DNA of 64,000 nucleotides from Octopus bimaculoides (taxonomy: Eukaryota): NCBI RefSeq assembly GCF_001194135.2, contig NC_068982.1:9406353-9470352 (forward strand). The letters are read 5' to 3'. The notes beneath the pieces are model-generated. The model was given only the letters and a program-made list of their open reading frames with translations, searched no databases and was not told where the DNA came from. Of the stretch, positions 12,673 to 25,787 are shown piece by piece. Numbering within the stretch: position 1 is the first letter of the stretch; each line of letters opens with the position of its first letter. Both the position numbers and the translations under genes were made by a program.

Positions 12673-13767
12673 TATTCATTTATTTTAGGTATCAATGCAA
12701 TGTAGAATACTCCATTTACTAAATGACGAAATATAAGGATATAAATTTACATAGTGGTATTATTCCAGATCGGCTCTGACTGAACATTTAAAATCAAACT
12801 AGATTTAACTGCCGCTAGCTCCTCATGTTTCACACACGGTATACAGGGACCACGAATACTGTTCTATCTTCTCTTTTATCACACACAATTTCTAGCAGGC
12901 GAAAGGATCGCATAGAGATTTCCTCCTCAGAGTTTTAGGTCATAAGTTTACATGAAAATGTCTGGTGTCACTTCTTTGTGTCCATGTTTGTGTGTGAAAG
13001 TCGGTAAATAAATGTTCTCGGACGACATCAATATAAATGTAAATATGACGATAGAAATGCTAGCATCTCATATTCTTACTTTATCGGCAGCCATTCCAAA
13101 TGGAACCGTCGTGCAATACGCTAGATTGAAGAGCAAAGAATCCTCCTTCTTATCTGAAAATTTGTGAGGGCATCATTCTCATTTGCTTCTGTAACAGCAT
13201 TCGATAAAATATATATTTTCGTAAATTTCCTTTTAGTCGTTCAAATGCGTTAATCAAACTAATGAAATGATAATCATCACGAGCCCATAATGAGCCCCAG
13301 GGTAGTTGCACGAATTGCTAGAAGTAACAATCAAATGTCACTCAAAATAAACTTTACCATCATATAAAAAAGGGGACACATTAGGTTATATAATCCAAGA
13401 TAAACATTGTCAAACTTCGAATGACCGAAAATAGGACATAGGATATTTCTTCTGATGGTCAAATACATTCGCTAAAATGTCCTTTGATGGGTGGAACATT
13501 TTTAATTTACCCTAGAAAAATGATTGGCAGAGTAGACCTTGGCTGGATTTGAAATTACGTAGCAAAAATTCAAAACACGTTCTGTGCAGTTTTCTAATTA
13601 ACGAACTCAGAAAACTGCCGATTCACCAGTTTTTATTGTAATGCTGTTCAGTGTAAATAGGAAATTATTTTACATGTCTAGGCAAATCTGTTTATCAGAT
13701 TATAAGCAATTAGCTGTACTATATTAGTTGTACTTATAATGTCATATTTTATCTAGTTTTGTGCATA

Positions 13768-13964
13768 TACTCTTTTACTCTTTTACTTGTTTCAGTTATT
13801 TGACTGTGGCCATGCTGGAGCACCGCCTTTAGTCGAACGAATCGACCCCAGGACTTATTGTTTGCAAGCCTAGTACTTATTATATCGGTCTCTTTTGCCG
13901 AACCGCTAAGTTACGGGGACGTAAACACAGCAGCATCGGTTGTCAAGCGATGGTGGAGGAACAA

Positions 13965-14009
<45 letters not shown>

Positions 14010-14168
14010 TACGACGGGCTTCTTTCAGTTTACCAAATCCACTCACAAGGCTTTGGTCAGCCTGTGGCTATAGTAGAAGACACTTGCCCAAGGTGCCACG
14101 CAGTGGGACTGAACCCAGAACCACGTGGTTGGTAAGCAAGCTACTTACCACACAGCCACTCCTGCGCC
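13768..14168 (-). mobile_element. tRNA-derived SINE family A, full length
   Basis: Head ggcgcaggagtggctgtgtggtaagtagc, B-box-like gggttcagtccc, internal (TA)n/(TG)n, tail (gtaaaaga)n. Confidence 0.92.
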
Positions 14169-15169
14169 TATATCTTTATAAAAGCCAAGGGACTACATCG
14201 ATTCAGTGAATGATTAAGGAAATCTTGATATGCGAATTATATTAGAATTATCGAGAATTATAAGTGTTTGTTAGAAAATAAGATATAGAAAGTGTAATAC
14301 AAAAATCATTATTTTTATCAGCTTTGATGATTGAATCATGATTAGAGAAATGTGAAGGAAACAACTTGATTGTTAGGAGCGTTGTAGGGTGAACTGATAT
14401 GCTGATTTATACCCGATGACAGAACTGGTGTTTTTTATTCAAAAACACAACAATAGAATTTATAACCAACTCTGGAGATGGCGACGTGATTTTTGTTTCA
14501 AGTAAGCTAGGTGCTAAATTCCAATAATTCTAAATGCAGAAATAAAATTGTCACAAAATCAGTTCAAATGAATCTCATGCCAGCTTCATTTGTTAATCAG
14601 ACTTTATGACTCCAAAATATCAACAACAGCAATATTCTTTCTGACAAATATACGTAAGGTGCTACAGCCGTTGGGGTTATTAATTATAGCTAATACAAAC
14701 TTAATTTCAAAGAGAAAAGTTTTGAGGCAGTAGATTCATGATTTGAACAATACAAAGATTTCTCCGTCGCCATGAATGGTTTTTAATATTCGATGTGACG
14801 CTGAATCAATTTTCTAGAAGTGTTATTGTAGTCGCACTGAACGAAATTTTCTTTATTACAGTAAAGGCACAAATAACATAATTGTCAATAATGTTGAGAA
14901 ATAGTGTGATATCTTGGTCACTTGAGCAACACTTTCAATATAATTAACAATTAAGAAGATTAAAACGCGCCTAATTGCATTTCTTAAATGTTAACAGTGG
15001 TGGATGAGCTTCCTTAATTGAACTGAATAAGAAAAAAAAACATTGAAATGATACATATACAAATAGATGATCATCACACATCCGTACACTCACTTGCATA
15101 CAAATAGACGCACATGCAAACACACACACATATCACACACGCATACACACACACGCGCTCGCATATATA

Positions 15170-15376
15170 TTCTTTTATTCTTTTATTCATTTCAGTCATT
15201 TGACTGCGGCCATACTGGAGCACCGCTTTTAGTCGGACAAATCGACCCCAGGACTTATTCTTTGCTAAGACTAGTACTTATGCTATCGGGACCTTTTGCC
15301 GAACCGCTAAGTGACGGGGACGTAAACACACCAGCATCGGTTGTCAAGCGATGGTGGGGGACAAGTACAGATACAG

Positions 15377-15449
<73 letters not shown>

Positions 15450-15612
15450 CGACGGGCTTCTTTCATATTCCGTCTACCAATTCCACTCACAAGGCTTTGT
15501 TCGGCTCAACGTTATAGTAGATAACACTTGCCCAAGGTACCACACAGTGGGACTGAACACAGAACCATATGGCTGGTAAGCAAGCTACTTACCTCACACC
15601 CACTCCTATGCC
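15170..15612 (-). mobile_element. tRNA-derived SINE family A, full length
   Basis: Same architecture as the 13768 copy, with an expanded internal (CA)n(TA)n. Confidence 0.9.
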
Positions 15613-16522
15613 TACTACCACTCCTTAAACAAGAATATTATTGAAAGTGACTTCGAAGTCTCGGCCAGTTAAGCAATCGTCGGATTACTGTCCGACGATA
15701 TGTTAATGAGCCAAGACTTCGAAGTAACTATATAAGAATAATAAATTTGTACTCTACAAAGCTATAATGTAACCTATGAGATAAATGTAATGTTGCTTTT
15801 ATAGTTGAACATTTTCCTTTACTTTCTCTCGTTGCTCATACGTGACCATCGTCCATCTTTCTTTTCCTCACGTGATCATCTTTCTTTTCTTTCAGGGCTG
15901 TCCTAGAGGGTGGATGTATCCTATCTATTTCTCTTTTCTATCTTTTCTTTTGTCAAAGAAAATATTTCTCCGTCGTTCACTATTTTACCCACGTTCTGGT
16001 CTAACCACTCACCATGTCTGTTTTCGTTCGGTTTCCTTGTATGCCTCCACTGTCCTGGTTTTGTTCCCAACTTTGAGCCTCCATAAATCCCAAATATTAT
16101 TTTGGGATTTGTGGGAGCAACTGCCTTCAAAGACTCATATTGTCGTTCAATGCTCGAAATGAGTAGTATAGTCAGCCGACAACTGATGAAGGGTCGTCCC
16201 TTATGCTTCTTGTCCTGTTTTCCATTTGTTTCTCTCGTTCTTTGCATATTCAATTCATTTATCTTCGTGTTTCATATTGTAACGTCTTGTTCCCATATAC
16301 ACATATGTGTGTACATAATATATAATATATATATATTTATATGTGCATATATATATATATTATTTATATACATATATATACATATATATATGTGTATANN
16401 NNNNNNNNNNNNNNNNNNNNNNNNNNNNNNNNNNNNNNNNNNNNNNNNNNNNNNNNNNNNNNNNNNNNNNNNNNNNNNNNNNNNNNNNNNNNNNNNNNNN
16501 NNNNNNNNNNNNNNNNNNNNNN

Positions 16523-16566
<44 letters not shown>

Positions 16567-16905
16567 AACCATTGTATTTTGTTTCGAGCAACAATGTTCT
16601 CAATTATAGAAGTCTCCGATCATATCATCGAAATTACTAAGAGAAACTTCTAGTAAACTGCGCAAAGGAAGTTGTTTTTCATTGGCAACCAGGCAGACTA
16701 TGTAAACAGGAAACAGGAAAATGTGGTGGCTGGTGTTCTATTGGGATTCACGGTCGCCACATTCTACCTAACTGCAATACAAAGTAAAATCTCTTAAACA
16801 CAAATATTCAATACGAAGTAGATTCGTAAACGATATGTTTCTTGTATAATGTGCAGAAGACGTCGATGAACTAAAATCGGAACTAGAGAACAACTTTAAA
16901 ATATC

Positions 16906-16926
16906 CTCATCATCATCATCATCATA

Positions 16927-16962
<36 letters not shown>

Positions 16963-17150
16963 TTCATATTCATTTAACGACCGTGTTCCGTGCAGGTATG
17001 AACTGGACGTTGAGCTGACAAAGCAAAGGTTTGCACCTAGGTTCCAATCGTCTGCTTTGGCATGGCAGCTACGGCCGGATACCCTTTCTAACACCAACCA
17101 CTTCATAGAATGTGCCGGGGCCTTTCTTTATGTCGTGCTAGTACGCGTGC
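16906..17150 (-). mobile_element. Retroposon 3' remnant with (CAT)n tail (RTE-type 3' end suspected)
   Basis: (CAT)n array 16906-16965 followed by atttaacg.ccg..ttcc.tgc...ggcatgg..ctacggccggatacc.tt.ctaac.ccaacca, a pattern I recognise as a common retroposon 3' end. Family not confirmed. Confidence 0.45.
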
Positions 17151-17544
17151 TCTTTAGGTGGCGCCAGCAGAAGCGGTGCAAAACAAGGACCTCAGTGCTG
17201 AGAGATGTAGAGGAACTGAGGGATGTGGCTGTGTGCCAGGCAAAAGGTTGATGCATCATTTAACATTTAAAACGTTACTAATATGACATTCAGTTTAAAA
17301 ACAATAGATGCGTAGCATGCATACACTCAAAAGAAACAAAACACATGTATACACCCACACGGACAAAGCAAATACTCGCAGAACTACAAAACAGCAGCCG
17401 ACTATAAAAGGAGAAACACACCACATATATGTAAAGCGAACACAGTATAATTGACCAATGTAATTTATAAATTTTACTTCAGAAGTGATAGTTACAAACT
17501 TCACGAATGTTCTATTGGCTACTATACATTTGCAAAAAGTAACA

Positions 17545-17977
17545 TTTCTTTTCTACGCTAGGCACAAGGCCAGAAATTTTGGGGAGCGAGGGCCAGTCGA
17601 TTAGATCGACCCTAGTACGCAACTGGTACTTAATTTATCGACCCCGAAAGAATGAAAAGCAAAGTCGACATGGGCGGAATTTGAACTCAGAACGTATCGG
17701 CAGACGAAATACCGCAAAGCATTTCGCCTGACATGCAAACGTTTCTTATTTCTTTATTGCCCATAAGGGGCTAAACACAGAGGGGACAACCAAGGACAGA
17801 CAAAAGGATTAAGTCGATTACATCGAACCCCAGTGCGTAACTGATACTTAATTTATCGACCCCGCAAGGATGAAAGGCAAAGTCGACCTCGGCAGAAATT
17901 GAACACAGAACGTAGCGCCTACGAAATATGGCTAAGCATTTCTCCCGGCGTGCTAACGATTCTGCCAGCTCACCGCC
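17545..17977 (-). mobile_element. SINE family B dimer (B2 17746-17977 joined to head-truncated B1 17545-17745)
   Basis: Two family B cores in tandem. One outer 15-bp TSD TTGCAA(A/G)AAGTAACA at 17530-17544 and 17978-17992. Confidence 0.88.
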
Positions 17978-18406
17978 TTGCAAGAAGTAACAATTGCAAC
18001 ACTATAATTCAGATCCAGGTAAAAAAAATAATTAATAGATAATATATGCACCCTTATAGAAGTCCCCAGAGATAATCAATCAGTTATAAAAGCAATACTC
18101 ATATCACAACCGAAGGCTACAATTACTATACAAAATACCTACGCCACACTCAAGCCAAAACATTAATAAGTGGAGTGACTCTTACAGCTAAAATATAAAA
18201 CGATGACGTAGAAGTCCAAAACTCTAACAGCCAAATTCTCGCGAGGCGGTTTACGCAAGGTTTGTATAAATAAATACAATGAGCTGCACAGAAAGTAGTA
18301 CAACTCAACCTCCTGATACAGCCTGTAAACATTGGTCGAAATGAATTTTGAAATTTATTGTTCCAAACGGGCTATAAGATAGATAGATAACTAGATGGAA
18401 GGATAC

Positions 18407-18427
18407 ATCTCTCTATCTATCTATCTT

Positions 18428-18475
<48 letters not shown>

Positions 18476-18625
18476 GCTATCTATCTATGTATTTATCTAT
18501 CTATCTATTTATCTATCTGTTTGTCTATTTGTCGATTTAATCTATGCATATATGTGCGTGTGAGTGTGAGTGAGTGCATACGTGCGCGCGCGTGTGTATG
18601 TGTGTGTGTGTGTGTGTGTGTGTAA
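18407..18625. repeat. (TCTA)n plus (TG)n compound microsatellite
   Basis: Direct reading. Confidence 0.9.
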
Positions 18626-21600
18626 TGTATTAGGATTAGCCGAATACTCGTGGTAAAACGCAGTTGCTTAGTCTCTAGCACACGTCTTGAATATCGACTC
18701 CAGTATAGAAAATACAGACGACACGAAAATTGATCAGCAAAGCCTATTGATCAATGCATCAAATACCCTTCGTTCCTGTCGAGATTAGACAGAAAATTCC
18801 GATAAGATGACAGATGCCATATAACTCCATTCTGAAAGTAATAAACATTGCTAATAATGCAGTAATCAAATCTGTAAATAAAGGCGATGGAACAGATAGT
18901 CGATTAGTACAGCTGTTTCAAAATCACATCGTGTGCAACTTATATAACATAACATATGTCTTGGAGGCGGCCGGTTTCGTTGAAAATAGTCTGCCCTAAT
19001 ATAGACTGCAACAAAAAATCGGGCTAGCAGAAAGACTAGAAAAGTGGGAGTGGAGATTGGAATCGGTAAAGAGCCATTGGCGTGCCCTCCTCACCGATTA
19101 CTTCAGCGAGATAAATAGGGTTGTGGTTTTATTTCTTTATCAACATTATCAGATTATTAAAATGTTTGTAGTGAGCTATAATCTCATTAATGTATACGCG
19201 ACGGCAATAATGGACAGCCGAGGAGCCGAAAGTTGGGATGCTTATTGATTTAGGGTGGAAAAATATTATCAATAAATGCTAATATGTGAATGAAACAGGG
19301 AAAAACAAAATAAGGGGAAATCAAAATTAAAAAATAGAAAGAATACATTAATTCACGCAAACATTGAAAAAGCATGCAGCCAGACACTGAGTCACTATGA
19401 ATGTGTCTTGACCCATCAACCGAAATACTAGATTCAGGATCTCTCCTGGGGCGAGCAGGAATACTAAACAAATGGAGGTAATCTGGCTCTATCCACCCTT
19501 TGTTCTCAGTATTTAAAGCAGTCTACCGAAATTGTTTTCTTTCTTTTTTTTTTTCTTTGCAGCTTTCGAGAAGCACTTTCCACATCTAGCATGAAAAGTC
19601 AAACACTGACTCTAAAATCTTTTCACTGTAACATCAATCAACATTATACGGGTCGTTCTCCATTGTTCTGCTCTTGATGGACATCAAATCCAAATTTTGT
19701 CCAGTAAATCTTATCGTAAAAAAACACAGCGTTGTAGTTAATGCATTAAATGTGCAAAATGCAATTAAGAAATAACTTTCTTTTATCAGAGAACGTGTTA
19801 AGAACGTTAGCACAGATGAAAATATTATTACTTTTAAATCAGCCCCACAGAATTGCAACAAGCACTGAGCGCATTTTGTTTAGAAAATATTCAAAACCAA
19901 ATATTTCTGATGAAGGAAGTGACAATGATAAGGGGAGTACACAAACCCTAAGTTATCACATGGCATGATGAAGTGAATAGACTATTGAGTGAGAACGCAA
20001 AGTATAAAACATCCATGTTAGGTGAAACAAATACTTGACATAAACGTAAGGTAGTACAGAAGCTAAAGTAGTTGACACATATTAATCGAGAGTCCATTCT
20101 TCCCTGGTTCACCTATAAAAAATATCTCAACAAAGTTCTGAAGAGAATAGAATAGCAGTAACTGGAGCAAGATATCCGCCTGTAAGATATTCGCTTGCGA
20201 GATATTCATTTGCTAGAACTAAAACAGAAATTACAGCGAATTACTTTTATGAAGTGGACCTCACTTTCTCTAAAACCACCGTGTTAATATTATCTTAGAA
20301 GTTGTTTTAGAAAACATAGAAGATATGTTAAAACACATTTCAGGTTATCTGATAATTACTAAGAAAACCACGCAGGAATACGGTTGAGCAAGTCACAATA
20401 TGTCGCAAATGCATTTCTGATATAAACATCAGGGAGCATTTGATTGGATTTTGAGCCCAGTTTCTGATGGAGTCGTAGACACGCCTTCATGACATATTAT
20501 GCTCCAGTTTTATCTATATGCCATAGTTGTGGGACAAGGCCTGGGTCTCAGTGAAGGATTGATATGTCAATTCTTTGAGGTCTGTCCATGATTTTCTCCC
20601 TCATGAGTTTGGTTTATGTCTTCATTTGTTTTCGGTTCTTGCAAAGAATTGATATAAATATTAATAATTGCCCTCACCCTGCCGTCAGGTTTTTAGACTA
20701 TTTCACTATATTTAGTTAAATGTCTGAGCAAAGGTACCCGTTTAAGTGGTACCGTCAGTATTTGTATAGAGGTACTCTCAAGGTGACATACCAATTCAAG
20801 CTTCTCTACCGGCTAGTCCATCAAGTGACATTGTTCACATATTTTAGACAGCATAACTCAAGAACCATTCCAGTAAGAAGTAGAGGAGAATCGAGAAGAG
20901 GAGATAGCCCTGACGGATACCTGTAGTGGCATGAAACCATTCCCCGATTTTGTGGTGTGATAGGACTAAACTGGTTGTTTTCCTATAACGTTGTTGTTTA
21001 GTATGGTTCTCTGTTTAATATACCCATTGTGAATAAATATAATAGGTACAATACACTTCTGAAACAATTCTTTTGAAATCAATGCCCCAAGAATTTAACA
21101 CACACACACACAAACACACACAGATACATACATACATACATACATGCATACATACATACATACATACATACATACATGCATACATACATACATAACTGCA
21201 AGTATGTATAAATGTATGTATGTACAGACACACATGTGTGTGTCCGTTATATTTCAAACTCCAGAACAATCTAAAACGTCAATTTTTTTTATTGTGTACC
21301 GAAAGAAACCGACAAAAATTATTTTTGACAAGTCTGCGTCATAAAACGAAGTATTTTTATATCGGTCGTATATTCTCATCTTGATGCAATTCGTTTACGA
21401 AGTAATAAAGAAAAACATACCTAACACCTTAACACATCACTTAATGAAAGAAAGCTAAAACAAAGAAATATCTTCTAACTAGTAGTGTAGGCGTTGTTTA
21501 TTAGTAGATACTCTGCCTCTCAAGAAAATTGAGAATAAACTAAAATGTTTTAAATGAATTTGTTAAAATTTAAATTCTTTGAATTAGGAGAAAATGGTCA

Positions 21601-23155
21601 AGAAACAATAAATAAGGTCATTATTATTTAAAGTTGCAAACCAAGTACTAGAAACCGATTGTAATGTTTATGAAAAATGAAAACAAAGTCAGTAAGACAT
21701 ATTGTGCGTGTAACTCTGTAACAAATCCAAATAACTTTTTCTCCTACATCATAAAAGCTACATGACGTACTCATGTGATTTCTTCAAAATGCTATTAAAC
21801 AAAAAGTTAAGAACCATTAAGTGAATAGCACGTAAACCATTGAAAGAAAAGCGGTAATTGGGTGATATAACTCATTCGTCCACTTAAACCATTTACATGC
21901 AGCAAGACATCCCCAACCAAATATGCACCGATGCCATGTACAGAGACATCACGAGGTCATCCTCCAGTAGATTCATGCCAATTTGGTCTCCTTCAATCAC
22001 ACAAAAACAGGGGACCTGAATATATGAAGGAAACCACCTTGCACCACGCTCTCCTTAAGCATGATTTGTATTCAGGTAGATCTTTCGAAAAATATTGCAT
22101 GTAACGTTAAAAGCAATAAAACAATTTTTAACAAACACCATGCGTGCCAAAATTTAGATGTTTTGTGTTTTATTTCTTATACAGATAATAATCTTTCTTG
22201 TACAGAAACAAAAAGCGGGGTTAATGGTAAGTTGGAAAGTTTTGTTTCAAATACTTTCTTGTGTACACGGAACATTCGCATCAAGCGTCTTATTTATTCG
22301 ACAGACTTTTGTGTTGGAAAATATGACTATTCATGAGAAAGCATTTATCCCAAGTGAAATAATTTAGAGACAATCTTAATTCGGTTAGCGTAAGTTGAAA
22401 TTAATATATGTGAAGGTATATTAATCTAAACGAAATACTTTAAAGGACATCTTCATCCGGGTACTTTTACAAGTGCTGAAGTTATTTGTATGATAAAAGC
22501 TTATTGTATTCTTTATAGGCTATATGTCAAACCCAGTAAGATGATCACCTAAAGATGAAAATACAAGAAGATCGTAGAATATTAGAAGACTGATAGTTGA
22601 AAAATTATTTCAAATTTCACTTTATGTTCACCATAAAGAAATATTTTAATCTTAAAGCGCTTTGCTGATAAGGTAAAACAGCTTTTTCTGTGGGACACGG
22701 CATTACAAAAAAATGACTCACCGACCTGTGATGAAAACTGACGTTACAATGTAAAAGATTCAAAACAAATCATGTATAAAAAAAGCATGACAAATTTGTT
22801 AAGTAAATTTCTAGCCTACAGCAAAAGTGAATATGTCAGCCACTATCTTCATGTGATCGTTGATTATTTAGTAAATATGTAGAAGTTTATATAATACAGT
22901 CCGAAATACCATTCTATTAACGTTAACTGTAAAATATATAGAAAGTCTAGGCTTAAAAAATATCAGATATTATACCTGAATATGTGAGTACAGGTATTCA
23001 AACATATCTATGCAAAATATGCAATCGTCTAAACGAGGTTTTATATTTTATACTGTCATGTTGAAAAATTCTTCTCAAAATTTGGGAACACATTAAGGGA
23101 AATTCAGATTGTGAGAAAAAATTTGAAAAGATCAGTATATGAATGTATTGATATA

Positions 23156-23391
23156 CATGGTGGGCCAAAAGTAGGTTTACAGTTATCGCGTAGGCACCTT
23201 ACATTTCTTTTAAACCATTCTATTACATTTAAATTTCTATATTGCAAACTGAAAAGGAAGCTTGACAAAATTAATTAAATTAGCATAGAATAATGGTTTC
23301 ATATATTTTTATAATTAAGATCTAAACTGTTAATACATGAATGCGAAAGAGATATTTGAATAACTGTAAACCTACTTTTTGGGCCACTCTG
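23156..23391. mobile_element. Tc1/mariner-type MITE
   Basis: ~31-bp imperfect TIRs (catggtgggccaaaagtaggtttacagttat versus cagagtggcccaaaaagtaggtttacagttat). TA dinucleotide on both sides (23154-23155, 23392-23393). Confidence 0.85.
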
Positions 23392-23405
23392 TATATTGAG
23401 TGAGT

Positions 23406-24000
23406 CTAGAACATCCCCCCCCCCATGGACAATAACCCCACCGACAACAATTACCCCTGAAGGCAACAATCTCCTAGGACAATTACCCCTAAGCAGTTAA
23501 ACCCCGATGTGTACCGTATTTTCCCGTGTATAAGCCGCTGTTTTTTTTTTACCTGGGAAATTTATGTGCGGCTTAGAGAAAGGTGCGCCTAATGTGTGTA
23601 TTTTTTAAAAGTTTCGAATGACTCCACTGAATTATTCAGTGGAAAGGTCGGTCGGGGAACAACGTGAAAGACTACTGCTGCAGTACATTGGTGCCCGAAA
23701 GAAAACCAAGCATATTGGTTTTGTTTAACCTTCATGTTTTGATAATATTATTTTTTATCTAATAAAGACTTTAACATTGACGAAATGCGTTAGTTGTCGA
23801 TTATTTCTAGAAAGAAATACTTAGATGATTCAGCCCGTATTAATATCGTAGTTAACAATTATGAAAACATGAATGTGATACAATATTTGCGAGGAATCGC
23901 GTATAATTTGCATTTTTAGATGATGATTTAAAACTTCTTAATATATTGGAAAGGGGGTAATTAACCAAGCGGGGTATTTGTTCTAGGCGCGTAATTGTCT
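23406..24000. mobile_element. Degenerate foldback-like element with GACAATTACCC subterminal repeats
   Basis: ctagaaca (23406) is inverted at 23979-23986; gacaattacccc-like motifs on the left are mirrored by ggggtaatt / gcgtaattgtc on the right. Highly decayed. Confidence 0.35.
23514..23600 (+). mobile_element. Left end of a Tc1/pogo-type MITE (TA-CCGTATTTTCCCGTGTATAAGCCGC)
   Basis: Characteristic TA|CCGTATTTT terminus followed by tataagccgc / gtgcggctta subterminal motifs. No right end found. Confidence 0.5.
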
Positions 24001-25389
24001 TAATACGATATTGAATAACCTAGTTGTATTAATTAATTCACAATTTGGAATATAACAGCAAAGATGAAATACTTACTATGGTATATATTGTAATGCTTCT
24101 ACAGAATATATACCACTGAAATAAAGAACACAAAGATATTTTCAACGAAATCTATTTACAAATGCAAGGAATTAATAAATACGATAAGTTTTTTAAATGA
24201 GGAGTGTGGAAGGAATAGATTATAAAAGGCAAACAACCCTAGGATAAAGATTAAAGCCATCCGTGAACACACTCTGCAACTCTATTTTGTTTAAAAGACT
24301 GTTTTTAATGGTGACTGGGTTAATGCAATCGTTGATCTATAAATGAAATGATGTGACATAGTCTTTAGAGATTAAGTATGAGTAACAACGAATGTCTACT
24401 CATGTGTATGGGAAGAACAAACCTTCAGTAAATAGTGATATAGCGATTTATGCAATGAATTCAAACACAAGTCTCAACAAAAGACAATACGAATAAGGAA
24501 GTTTTTCACAAGCCTTTCATGAAATATTTATTGATTTCTATACAGAAGATCATTAGTCTATATGTCTATTCTATATATACATATACATACATCCATGCAT
24601 ACATACATACATACATACATACATACATACCTACATACATACATATATGTTCTTCATTAATTAGCATGTGATGACTGACAAAAAACATAACTAGGAAAAT
24701 AGGTTTAGATGAAATGAATCGGCTTCAAACGAATCGCCCAAACAATAAACTTAATTATTTAATGTGTAAACATAATTTGAGCGGTACACACACACAGAGG
24801 CACGCACACGTACACAAACACACACACACACACACACGCTCACAAACACACACAAACACAAATATATATACGCAAATACACACACTAAGACTCATATATT
24901 TCAAACGCACAAATATGCCGCGCGCATGTACAGGTACTCATGTATACGTGTGCATTTGTGTGTGTGTGTGTGTGTTTGTGTGTGTATAAGTATACACATG
25001 TGTATATGTGTATACGACTACAAATAATATGGGTGGCTTATTAGCAATCTAACCACCGAAAGGTAAATTTATAGATGCCACAAAAGCGACAGAGAGTACT
25101 AAGTAGTACCAGCATTGCTAGAAATAAGAGTCAAAACTATTCCATCGCCACTAAAGCACTATTTTAATGACTACCAAGAGGAGACAAGCACCCCAGCGGT
25201 CATAACCAAATCATCGGCGATTTCGAATTTTGGTGCAGAACATCTTAATTCTCATCGGTGGCCCTTACCGCGCCTAGAGTTACACACATCTCACCTTGTT
25301 TGCTTGTAAGAAAACTGTTGAACCCATACGCTGATTTCAAAAGCGGTAAAAATGGAAACGACAAATAATATGGATGGTTGTACATATTA

Positions 25390-25787
25390 GCTGTGTGGTA
25401 AGTAGCTTGCTTACCAACCACATCGTCCCGGGTTCAGTCCCACTGCGTGGCACCTTGGGCAAGTGTCTTCTACTATAGCCTCGGGCCGACCAAAGCCTTG
25501 TGAGTGGATTTGGTAGATGGAAACTGAAAAGAAGCTCGTCGTATATATGTATACATATATATGTGTGTATGTGTGTTTGTGTGTCTGTGTTTGTCCCCTC
25601 ATCATCGCTTGACAACCGATGCTGGTGTGTTTACGTCCCCATAACTTAGCGGTTCGGCAAAAAGAGTACGATAGAATAAGTACTAGGCTTCCAAAGAATA
25701 AGTCCTGGGGTCGATTTGCTCGACTAAAGGCGGTGCTCCAGCATGGCCGCAGTCAAATGACTGAAACAAGTAAAAGAGTAAAGAGTA
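25390..25787 (+). mobile_element. tRNA-derived SINE family A, near full length
   Basis: Near-identical to the 32857 copy; the first ~10 nt of the head are missing. Confidence 0.92.

Noticed and set aside
16150-16205. Hammerhead-like CTGATGAAGGG...CCC
   Set aside because: No GAAA follows stem II. The type II permutation using the upstream GAAA gives no credible stems I or III. At most a decayed Penelope remnant.
20400-20720. Possible LINE RT remnant on the minus strand (NWAQNPIKCSLMF)
   Set aside because: Only a vague resemblance to the post-YxDD W...N..KC motif, and it cannot be supported by eye.
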